A stretch of DNA of 64,000 bases from Pavona decussata. Lineage: Eukaryota. The translations under genes and the position numbers were made by a program. The notes beneath the pieces are model-generated. The model made no database searches and was not told where the DNA came from. It saw nothing but the letters and a program-made list of their open reading frames with translations. Below, in pieces: positions 11,945 through 22,003 of the stretch. Every line of letters starts with the position of its first letter. The first letter of the stretch is position 1. The stretch is from assembly GCA_977016875.1 (NCBI GenBank), contig CDRNST010000436.1, positions 6,572,001 through 6,636,000 of the forward strand. The letters run 5' to 3'.

Positions 11945-14900
11945 TGTCTGACTGACTGACTGTTTGATTGATCCTTTTCAGCTCAACTAACCATTGAAGG
12001 AGTAGTTGTTCAAAAGGCAGACTGTCGTCCCACACAACCAAGTGCTGATTATTTATTGTTAAAAAAGTAGGAGAATTTTAATAAAATTAATGTCTATCCC
12101 TCCCAATAACTAGCCTATTTAACAATCATGCGCCAAAGGTGAAGTAAATATTGGTGAACATTCCCCGAGACAAAACAGAAACATCAATCAATCGCTAAGC
12201 AGCCATTTTGAAAATCAATGCTCCACTATAATCGCCTTGCGCGAGGTGATTATAGCAGGATTTGACACAATTTTCTACCAATCAACAGAATTTCTATAAT
12301 CACCCGAGTTATATTATACTAATCAAAATAATTGCATTTTGTGGGAAATAGATGGTATCCTAAGTTGATAAGGCAAGATTAATATCAAGTATTGCCCTTT
12401 GTTGATTTTCATTAAGTTTGTTTCACTTTGTCTTCACTTTAACCCATGCCTAAGACCCTGCAGGAAGAAATACTTGGATTTCCCAAAGTTACACATACAG
12501 CTCCAAATTAACAGTTCTTGGTGAACATGTCTGGGAAAGAGTTCTTGTTTTATACAATCAGTTTGTGACTATTGGTATTTATTATTCTTGTTAACAGACG
12601 AACAATTTTGAACAAAAGCAAGGCTGGTCGGCAGGCCAAACAAGTTGACCGTGTTATTTCTAATTACAGACCAGTCAGCGATCATAAGATGAATGTAAGT
12701 ACTTTGTGCAATATTTTTTGGAAGTTCACTGCTATTTAATTTGACAGGTGTGATTATTGCCCCATTTAGCTGTTTCCTCCTTTTATTTTTTCACGTTCAT
12801 CCCCATGGTTTTTTCCATTACGATTCTGCAGATTTGTTCAGATTTCAGATTTTTTTAATTATGCACTATTTCAATAGTTTACTACAAAAGGAGATTACGA
12901 TACATCACAAAAGTAACATAAAGACAACATTAGACTACATAAATGATGAAAGGTAAAATGTGCGTAGAGACCAAAGGAGCTTAGGCTTTCGAGTTTGTCA
13001 CTGCCATGTACAGCTAAATGGCGTATAACATGCAACTAACTAAGTAGCCCAAAGCAAAAGACAAGAAAATTAAGAGTGCATAAAATCATAGTACAACTTT
13101 TACATAAAAAAACAATAGAAATTATAATTAATAGTGAGGGCAGAGAAAAAAAATACTCATTGGGTATTTAAAAGATACAATTTGTATTGCTTGTAGAGGC
13201 TATTATATGGGAGTTTTATTTTAATTTAGAGGGAATTTTTCCCAAATTTTAGACCCAGCAAATGCAAAAGTGGCAGTTCCGTAATTATTCCCTATCCTCA
13301 GCCGATGAAAATTAAGGTTCGATACAAATCTGGTGTTGTAGCTATGAACTTCAGAGGCCCTTTGAAAATCATAGGGACGTTAGTAGTATTTTTAGTAATT
13401 TTATGTGTGAAAAGGGCCACCTTAAATTTGTAAATGTTTTCAAGTGTAAGAATACCTAAGAGAGTTAAGTATGGCATAGCATTGCCCCTACTATAAGCAA
13501 AAAACATGCTATGCACACATTTGTAAATGCTGCTGTTTTTATCTGTATGCACACACAAGACAGATTACCAAACATTTTAAGTGACAATGTCATAAAGAAG
13601 CTGATCTCAAGTTATTCAACTCTGGTACATGACTCTTTGTTAGTTCCATGTTTCATCTCTCACTACATGAAAGATGCAGCCTACAGAGGCTCAATCCTTT
13701 GGAATACTGTGATCATCAAACATAATGGCTTGACAAATAGGACTCAATACAGCCACCTTAGGTGGAAGCTTAAATTTTTAGCCATTGACAATGATTTTTA
13801 TTTCAAGGTGACATCTCCATCCACTTGTTTTTGTTTATGTCCATACTTGTTTTTTTATTGACATTGTTGATTTCTTATTTGTTATAGTTTTATTGATATT
13901 TAGTTTTCAACACAAACAACCTCACAACCTTTTTGGTTTTGAAAATTGATCGTATTAAAATAAAGACTATCTATCCATCCATCCATCCATCCATCCATCT
14001 ATCTATCTATCTGGTTTCCATTAAACATGTCATCATCACAATCATCATCATCATTATTGTCATCATCTATATTGTCGTAATCATCATAATCATCTTTTTC
14101 ATCATTCTTATTGCTGCCCATATCCATCCTCTTTCATTGTACAACAGCCATTATGTCATACTTATTTGTTCCAAAGAAGAACTTAACTTCAAGTGCACCA
14201 ATTAACTCACTGCAGTAAATGGCATGAACATTGTTTTTAGATTGAACACGAAAAGAAAAAGAAAGAAGAAGGAAAGAGAGCTCGTGAAGATGAGGTTGTT
14301 GTGAAAGCTTTATTGTTTAAAGCATTTGAAAGGCACCAGTACTACAACTTGAAGGACCTCATTAGTATAACAAAACAGCCAGTGGTAAGAACTGTGTATT
14401 GTTAAGGGTGGTGGGGCCATACTATGCTTTTAATGACTGAGTAGGAGGGCTGAACAGAAGAATATTTCACTTGATGCAATGTTATAAGCATTTTTATCAC
14501 ACCGCTCTTTTTATGCTTCATTCAATGTGGAAATAAGAAAAAGGTCTTGCTGCATTCTCCATGAATGGCAGATTAGCTCATGTAAACCCATTTGGCCACG
14601 TACAAAAGTGGGTTGACACGAGTGCACTAGCAGGGTTTGAATTTTGTGTTACTTTAATATATGTTATGTCATTATAAAGGAAATGAAGGGAGATGTAAAG
14701 AATCGACCATAAGGGGACACAGTAAACATCTGAGCCTGGGTTCGAATCCCATCTGGGGCTCAGATTTTTTCTGTGTCCTCTTATGGTCGATTCTTTACAT
14801 CTCCCTCTATTTCCTTTATAATACTAATATCAGTGGCATAGGTTAGTTATGTCGTTACTGTTAAAATTAGTTTGATGTAAATACAGAACTCAATTAAACC

Positions 14901-15251
14901 TATGTCATGCTGAACTGGATATCTACTGTATAATGATTAATTTGTTTAAATAAATAAAGTAAAGGTTATTTCTTTTTATTTCCAATTCACTCTCAGTATT
15001 GCGTTGTTCGATTTGTCCTGTTTTCAAGTCTTTATTTTCTTCAAAGTGAAACACTTATTGTTTTAACATGACAATCAGTTTTTGTTTAATTATCTTCTCT
15101 TTTAATATTTCAGGCATATCTAAAAGGAATATTAAAAGAAATTGGACATTATAACACAAAAAACCCACACAAGAACATGTGGGAGTTGAAACCGGAGTAC
15201 AGACATTACAGCAGCAAGAACGATGAGGGAGGGGAGGGAACAAGTTCTTGA
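9496..15251 (+). CDS. GTF2F2: General transcription factor IIF subunit 2 (TFIIF-beta/RAP30)
   Basis: Exons 9496-9549, 9715-9791, 10013-10031, 10850-11042, 11982-12066, 12598-12694, 14241-14384, 15114-15251 join in frame: MGSEVDCSGVSRAVWLVK/VPKYLS..W; EGVVVQKADCRP; LFKAFERHQYYNLKDL..ITKQPV/AYLKGILKEIG..NPHKNMWELKPEYRHY. These are hallmark RAP30 motifs. Confidence 0.95.
10150..10560 (+). mobile_element. 3' fragment of R4/Dong-like non-LTR retrotransposon (restriction-like endonuclease domain), degenerate
   Basis: Translates (with stops/frameshifts) to IHTDREIKANRPDIV.KD..EKT..IID.AV.SEYNTSVK.VE.LSNYKDL..WGMKT...PVV.GTL, the PD..D REL motif. Flanked by TAA/CAT repeats. Confidence 0.7.
11889..11941. 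repeat. (GATT)n microsatellite just upstream of a GTF2F2 acceptor
   Basis: Direct tetranucleotide repeat. Confidence 0.95.
13080..13520 (-). mobile_element. 3' fragment of CR1/L2-type LINE, followed on + by another LINE 3' fragment (~13510-13900)
   Basis: Minus strand reads MFFAYSR..AMPY...LGILTLENIYKFKVALFTHKI...NYGTATFAFAGSKIW. Plus-strand piece reads L.VP.F...YMK...YRGSILWN. Both are typical LINE ORF2 C-termini. Confidence 0.65.
14671..14822. repeat. Palindrome built from two tRNA-derived SINE-like halves
   Basis: ATTATAAAGGAAATGAAGGGAGATGTAAAGAATCGACCATAAG... and its reverse complement flank a central B-box-like GGGTTCGAATCCC. Confidence 0.6.
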
Positions 15252-15973
15252 GACGCGGCAGGCCTGGAGCAGTCTGTGAATCGCTAATGAACTTCAGAAG
15301 ATCAAAATTTCGAAATTTTATCTCAGTAATGTAACACACCCGAAAGAAGGAGAAAGGCAAAGATTTTGTTATTATTTTGAATAAGTTCCCCCGCAATGGC
15401 GGTCAGGTTTTAAAATCCGGGATTGAACGTGTAAAATCAAACACTCAAACTAGTGTTAGTAGTTGTGTGGGGGTTTGTTTCTGAGAGTCAGTACAGAAAA
15501 CTTGACTGTTTTATTTTACTGCGCTTAAGGACCATCTTATGGCCATCAAATAGAAAAAGAGCTTTTTAATGAAAAATAAAGGAACACCGTTTTACTCGCT
15601 TTTTTCTTTTATCTTATTTTATGATGTAAGTCCGTTTCTGTAAACTGGCCCTAAGAATTTCTGCAACAACTGGTGGTATTCGAACGCCGGAAATAATTAA
15701 CCTGAGTATCAGGCCTTCCTAAGGGGAGGGGGGAGACATTATCACCCGAGGTAAAAGATAATAATAATAATAAAAATAATAATCATCATCATCATCATCA
15801 TCATCATCAGAGTATTTCGAAGCACAACAGAGCCATTGTCTAGCACAGTTTTTTATAATAATATTCAATATACGATCAAGCCGTGCGTAATGGTAGTCTT
15901 GGAACGTTAATAGAAGACGGTTTGAAAGTAAGTACATCAAGGAGAAGTTTTCTTATTTTTCAGCTACTTCTAA

Positions 15974-16268
15974 AGCCGTCGTTACACGTTGAAACTTTTA
16001 GCTGAAGCTTGTGTGCAACGGCGCTGCGAAACAAGTTTCAGCAGGTGTTGCACTGTGTAACATGGTCGGTTTCGCGAAACTATTTCGATCTTCCGTTGCG
16101 AGACAAGTTTCGCGGCAAGTGGAACCGCTTTCTACTTCTGCAACGGCTCCCAACGGTCGCAATGGTGAAAATACAAGAGTTTCTCCGCGTAACACTACTT
16201 CGTGAAACTGGTCTCTTTCGCCATTGCACACAAGTTTCGGCTAAAAGTTTCAACGCGTAACGGCGGCT
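15974..16268. mobile_element. PIF/Harbinger-type MITE
   Basis: About 50 bp TIRs (AGCCGTCGTTACACGTTGAAACTTTTAGC.. / ..GCTAAAAGTTTCAACGCGTAACGGCGGCT) with TAA on both flanks (15971-15973, 16269-16271). Confidence 0.8.
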
Positions 16269-16559
16269 TAACGTTTCAAGAAGTAAGGCGGATAAGAACT
16301 CTCTTACTAAGAACAATATACCGGATATCCGCCCCCCCCCCCCCCATTTTGTTTTTCTTTAAACGCAACAACTGTTGTCGTGCAACATCGCTCCTGGTGT
16401 AATAAGAAATGGAAATCTCTCTTTTGTCACGATTGGCTGTTGTTAAATCCCAGAAAATTTGTAGCAAGTAATCTGTTATTGATTTCAATGGTCTTTAATT
16501 GGTTGTTTACTTTAAATTTGTATCGTAACGCTCTTATACGTATCATAAGGCTCTTATAC

Positions 16560-19520
16560 CTCCAGGAATACCAAAAGAGGACAAAACTGAGAACTTTTGT
16601 AACCGCAGTTGATTATTAGCTCTTATTAGTTTATCCCTTGTGTTACGCAACTGGCACATGAGATTCACGAGATTCACCGAATAGGCAGTAAGATATATTC
16701 AGTTGCGAAGAATTATATCCCACCCACTGGAATTTAGTTGTTGCTAAAATTCGTTTTGCAAAGGTCACTTACGATGCGAAAATTAATCAAGTTCTCTATG
16801 ATCCTTCGACCTCTGCTAAAAAATGGTGGGGCATAGTCAAATCAAGCATTATTCTGTTATTCCTACTATTTCTGATGATGGCAACCTTATTTCTGATCCT
16901 TAAGAGAAAGCTGATTTTTTAATCGCTATTTTGCAAGTCAGGCCTCTATTCCAGGTTCCGATCCGCAATCGTTCCTTCTCTGGTCCATTGCTCCGGGCCT
17001 AACTTTATCGGCTTCGATTTTAGCTGATGAAGTTCTAGTTTATAATTTGCTGTCATCAGTCAACATTGCTAAGGCTTGCGGCTGTGACGGGATAAGCAAC
17101 AGATTAATTAAACTCTGTTCCGAAGGGCTTTGTGTTGCATTCACGCGTTTCATAAATTAGCCGTGGTCAATTTCCAAGTGCTTGGAAGCTAGCGAACGTC
17201 CTACCTCATTTTAAGAAAGAAGATAGGCAACTTAAGTCGAACTAACGTGCTGTATCATTGTTATCCTCCCTGTCTAAAATTTGCCAAAAGGTTGTCTTTA
17301 TCCATTTGTATAATTTCCTCGTTGTTTTTTTTTTTTTTTTTTTTTTTAAGTTTCAGTCTGGTTTTCATCCAGGTGACTCCACTGTCATGCAACTTGTCTA
17401 TATTGTTCACAGTATTTACCAAGCTTTCGAGAGGGGTCAGGAAGTTAGATCTGTCTTTCTTGATTTTTCTAAGGCATTCGACAACGTTTGGCACCGTGGT
17501 CTTCTGGCTAAGCTTAGCTCTCTCGGAGTTCAGGGTAATTTATTGGATTGGTTTCTATCTTACAAATAGAAAACAGAGGGTAAAAATTGATGGTGTCAGT
17601 TCTGACTGGTGTAAAATTGAAGCTGGCGTGCCTCAGAACTCGGTCCTTGGACCACTTTTGTTTTTGATTTATATTAATGATTTACCGAGTTCAGTTGGAT
17701 CTAGTTGCTTCTTATTTGCTAATGACTGTTTTTTACTGAACTTAGTTCATTCTCCTGTTTCTTGTGCTAATGCTCTTAATGATGACCTGGCGTTTTATAT
17801 CTTCATGGACTAATCAGTGGTTGGTTACTTTGAATGCATCTAAGACCAAGTCGATCGGATCTTTTTAACTAAACCGACGCGTAAAACCCGACCATCCGCC
17901 TTTGTTTCTCGCCCACGATCATCTTGGTGTTACATTAAATTTTCATCCAGCCTCTCTTGGCGTCTTCACATTTTGAAGATCCACAAGAAGGCATATAGAA
18001 AACTAAATTTACTTAAACCTCTAAAGTATAAGTTAAGTCGTTTTACCCTTGATGTTTTATATAAGGCACTTGTGCAGTCTTCTTTATAGATTGCTGATGT
18101 TGTATGGGACGGCTGTTTGGTTGGTGATAGCGACTTGCTGAAAAGTCTACAGCTTGAAGGAGCTCGAGTGGTTACTGGGGCTATTAAAGGTACAAGTAGG
18201 GATTGCTTTTTGTGCGATACTTCTTGGGCTAAGCTTATAGTCTTAGACGGAAAATTCACAAGTAATTAGAGAGATTTAGTATCGCGTTTACATGGAACGG
18301 CAAACGTCACCTTGCTGTTTCACGTTTCACGTAAAATAGCGTGAGTCTTTTGACTTTAGCTTCGCCTGTGTTTAGCTTTTGCGAGTTTCGATGAAGCTGT
18401 TTTCCGATTCACTGTGGTGAGTTCAAGAAGAAAAGTGAGGTAAGGAGTGAGTTATGAAGGATTTTTAAACATGAAACTTAATTTGCCCTAGTATGACTTG
18501 TAGGAAAAATTATTGGGGTACTTGTTTTCAACAATTAACTACTTATATGCGTGCGAAAAAAGGAAGAAATACTTACGTAGTTCTCACCATGGGTCATAAA
18601 AAGATCCATGTTCTCACGTAGACGGCAAACGCGAAATATCCTGTTTTCACGTAGAAACGGCAACCGGCAACCGCGAAAAATGGCGGGAAAATCGTGGTCA
18701 CGTGGTCATTTTTGCCGTTCGTGTTTCACGTATACGCGCTTACGCGATTCTAAATCTGTATAAGTTGGTTTACAAGCTAGCACCTCCTTACTTATTTGAT
18801 CTTTGTCTTAGCGCAGTTAGTATGAGGTCAAGCCTGTATAGCCTTCATTCCTCCAGAAATTTAGTTTGTCCTTCGAACGGACAGAAAGGCATAAGAATTT
18901 CTTTCTGTTTTCTGCGACACAGCTATGGAATAATCTGCCTTTAGAACTTGGATTGTAAGCATAATCTTCTTGCTTATTTAATTTGGTGTCTCATCTTGTA
19001 ATCCCCTGTATTATATAGGTAATCGTTTTGATTCTGTTAATCACTCTCGCCTTAGATGTAACAATAGTACCCTTAATCACGACCTTTTCATTAGAAATTG
19101 TGTTGTTTCTCCGGCTTGCCCTCACTGCAACGCACTGTCCAATGTATTGCTGCTCATCTTATTGCTTTATTTACCTCTGCTGCCCACTTACTGGGAGATA
19201 AATGGATTCTGGCTTCGGACAAGAAAAACTGCGGATTGAATGTTTTCTGTTTGGTTCTCCGGATTTGCAATTTCAGTCGAATGTTTGTTTATTCCAGCAA
19301 GTTCAGTCATTTATTTCCCATTCATCTCGTTTTTCTTAGTTTAGCTTTGAAGTTTTCTTTTTTTTTTTTTAACTTATTGTGCTAGTGTTAGCCCTGTAAA
19401 TTAGTCCATCTCTGCCGTGTGTTTTTGCTGGTTAGTTGATCCGATGTAAGCTCTCTCGATTAGCACTTAGTTGCTTTTAGGGGAAATGTCGTGTTCAAAT
19501 ATTGTTTGCCGAATAAAAAT
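16560..19520 (+). mobile_element. Degenerate CR1/L2-group LINE (reverse transcriptase pseudogene)
   Basis: Broken ORF2 with KACGCDGIS, FPSAWKLANVLP, FQSGFHPGDST, FLDFSKAFDNVWH, GVPQNSVLGPLLFLIYINDL and LFANDC (YADD equivalent). Stops and frameshifts throughout; interrupted by a MITE. Outer limits are approximate. Confidence 0.88.
18267..18762. mobile_element. MITE nested in the LINE
   Basis: TAGAGAGATTTAGTATCGCGT.. at left and ..ACGCGATTCTAAATCTGTATA at right; internal ACGGCAAAC repeats. The LINE frame (..RRKIHK / YKLVYKLAPPYL) resumes after it. Confidence 0.7.
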
Positions 19521-19994
19521 AGGCCCTTCGCTTGCACCAATCACAGCGCAGCGCATTGTGTGGGACGCGGTATTTCTTTTAATACGTTCAGCGCTTGTGG
19601 AAAAAATTAGTTGAGCTTAGCCTTGGCAGATTCAATAAACACCACCAGAACCAGAAGATCAGTACAGTGTTAAATCTGTCCCATAACAAATTATTTTTTA
19701 TTTGAGATCAACGTAAGCCTGTATGGTCCTGAATGAAATCTTCGGTAACGTGAATGATTTTATGATTTGCATTTTGCCAAGTAATGTGAGGCCTTTCCAG
19801 CCCTAACCCTTTAACATATCCCTTAAAGATTTCCCGATTGATTCGAAGTTCAACTTTTAGAAAAGTAAACTGTTGTAGGTAAAATGCCCCTCCAGATTTG
19901 ATGGATTTTTTAATCCACAGTTGTCCCCAGTTCTAAGCTAGTTGGTGCTTTATTTCCGAGTAGAAGCGCTTCCTTTTTATCTTGTTAAACCATC

Positions 19995-20540
19995 AGTTTC
20001 AAGTTTCAAGTTTCAAGTTCAGTTACTCAAAAATGTTAACATAAAAATTCAAGGACAACACTAACCCGCAAGTAGCTAGAGCTAATCTAGGCGGGTAGTG
20101 CCGAGAAGATTAATTTACAAGAATTAATTACAGTTTAAAGAGATTTATATACAATTTGTCAGTGAGCCATACAAACATTGAAAAACAGAAAGAAAAGAAA
20201 ATAAGTGAACATATGAAGAAAAGAGATATAAATTGCTATACTCTAAATAGATTGATTTAGTTACGATCATGTTGAAACTTTCAGTTTTGAAAACTCAGAT
20301 ATAAGAGTAGGAATGCCAACATAATCAATATGGAATAACAGGTCTTGCATTTTCCTCTTAAAGCTGTGCTTGGGTAATTTTCGAAGTTCTAAGGGAATAC
20401 TGTTCCACATTTTAGCCCCAAGTCGAGAAAAAGATTTAGATTGTTGGTTTAGTCTCGAATATTTAATGTGGTAGTTACCAGTTGAGGAGAATCTCGTATG
20501 ATAATTTGGTCTCTCTTGAAAAGTAAAAGTATCAGAGTAT
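19995..20540 (-). mobile_element. L2-type LINE 3' end with (CTTGAAA)n tail
   Basis: Minus strand encodes HTRFSSTGNYHIKYSRLNQQSKSFSRLGAKMWNSIP..LRKLPK.SFK; CTAGATTAGC stem region and tandem tail. The same tail occurs on + at ~39170-39245 and ~42170-42270. Confidence 0.7.
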
Positions 20541-20574
20541 CTGCCGAATGAGAGTTTGACAGGACTGTTTATCG

Positions 20575-20838
20575 CGAACGAATGATCTCATATCGTCGGA
20601 AAATTACATTGTCATCAAGGACAGTAAAAAAAAGACGTTAGCAATCATTGATGTGGCTGTATTTTCTGAGTATAACACCTCTGTGAAAGTTGTAGAAAAG
20701 TTGTCAAACTACAAAGATCTTGAGAAATAAGTAGGTTACGGGGTATGAAGACTGAAGCAATGCCAGTGGGTATAGGAACTTTAGAACTTGTCAACAAAGG
20801 ACGTGGAGAAGTTCATCAGTTGTAAACCAGGCAACACC
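20575..20838 (+). mobile_element. Second R4/Dong-like REL-domain fragment
   Basis: Closely similar to 10195-10430 (e.g. shared GAGTATAACACCTCTGTGAAAGTTGTAGA..GTTGTCAAACTACAAAGATCTTGAGAAATAAGTAGG). Confidence 0.7.
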
Positions 20839-20872
20839 AATAATACCCAATTTTATGCATTGAGAACCTTTA

Positions 20873-21966
20873 TTTCCGACCTTCCTGGTGGGCGGCACCG
20901 ACACAGCGGCAAAACGCAATGCGCATGTGCCAACCACTGAACTTCCGGTCGGTGTTGTATTTCCGGTTAGCTATTAAAACCTATTGCGTAAACAAAAAAC
21001 TCCCGTCGCGCGAAGTTTAAAAACAAAACTCAAGAGTTACGAAACAAACTTAAGCAAAAAAGTTGTTTTCCTGGTGAGTAAATTTATTTTGCTGTTTTCA
21101 AACCTTTGCACCAAGGGGTTTGGTGCTTGCACCAAGTGCGAAAACCATGCTCGAAGATGCGACTTTCTCGCGCTTGTGAAGAAAAGTTTTGTTGTCCGTG
21201 GTTGTTGTTGTCCTGTTGTTAAAATGTTGTTCCTCGCAAGACGAGAAGTGTGGTAAAAGTTTAGATAAACGAAAATGCGGAGGCCGTCATTACTTCTTGA
21301 CACCTCAGTTAGCCAGGGCCGCTGAACTTCCAGTTGGTTCGATAGTTTGCCGGGTTCACTGGGACGAAACAACCGGTGTTCGGTTACTCAGGAAAACTAC
21401 TCTCGAGCTCTCCACAAAAACGGGATACCTTCTCGACTTTATGCCGTGCTGGACGCTGTTGGAAAGGCAGGTAATGTTCCTTATCGTCCGGGAACAAGGT
21501 GCTGCAACAAATGTGCTGAGAATGTCGACCAAGAAGAAAAGTTTACCACGTATGCAGAATATAAGCCGAAAGAGGCCCAATTTCGGTTCTGGGTTGTGCA
21601 TAATTTTCCAGTGGATGTGCAGCAGGTGTGCTTGCAAGAACCACCGTGATAAAATAAAAGTACCGGATCCTGTAGTAAAGGAGCAATAAATTGCACTACA
21701 AATAATATAAAGAGCAAGGCTAATTTCACAGTCAGAGAAATATATTTTTCCTTTCCAATATTTCAAACGGCACGGCCTTTCTTCATCAAACATACCCTGC
21801 CTTGCTCTTTATATTATTTGTTCCATAATTTTTAAGTTTGCCTTTTACTTTCACATACAAAGATAACTTCATGATTATTAACGTTGCTAAGTTTGCAACC
21901 CCAAATAGTAACCCTTAATAAAGTAAACGCATTTTTCCCCAATTATTGTATATATTTAGCAAAAGA

Positions 21967-22003
<37 letters not shown>

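Noticed and set aside
13933-14205. Hydrophobic 90 aa ORF resembling a membrane peptide
   Set aside because: Produced by (ATCC)n and (ATC)n microsatellites in a GTF2F2 intron.
14735-14752. tRNA gene
   Set aside because: Only a T-loop/B-box remains; no D arm, anticodon arm or acceptor stem.
15998-16316. Four overlapping ORFs on both strands
   Set aside because: They lie within a GC-richer Harbinger-type MITE; no protein motifs.
21177-21179. In-frame TGA as selenocysteine
   Set aside because: The ORF also has a frameshift, and a CGA>TGA change explains the stop; no SECIS identified.
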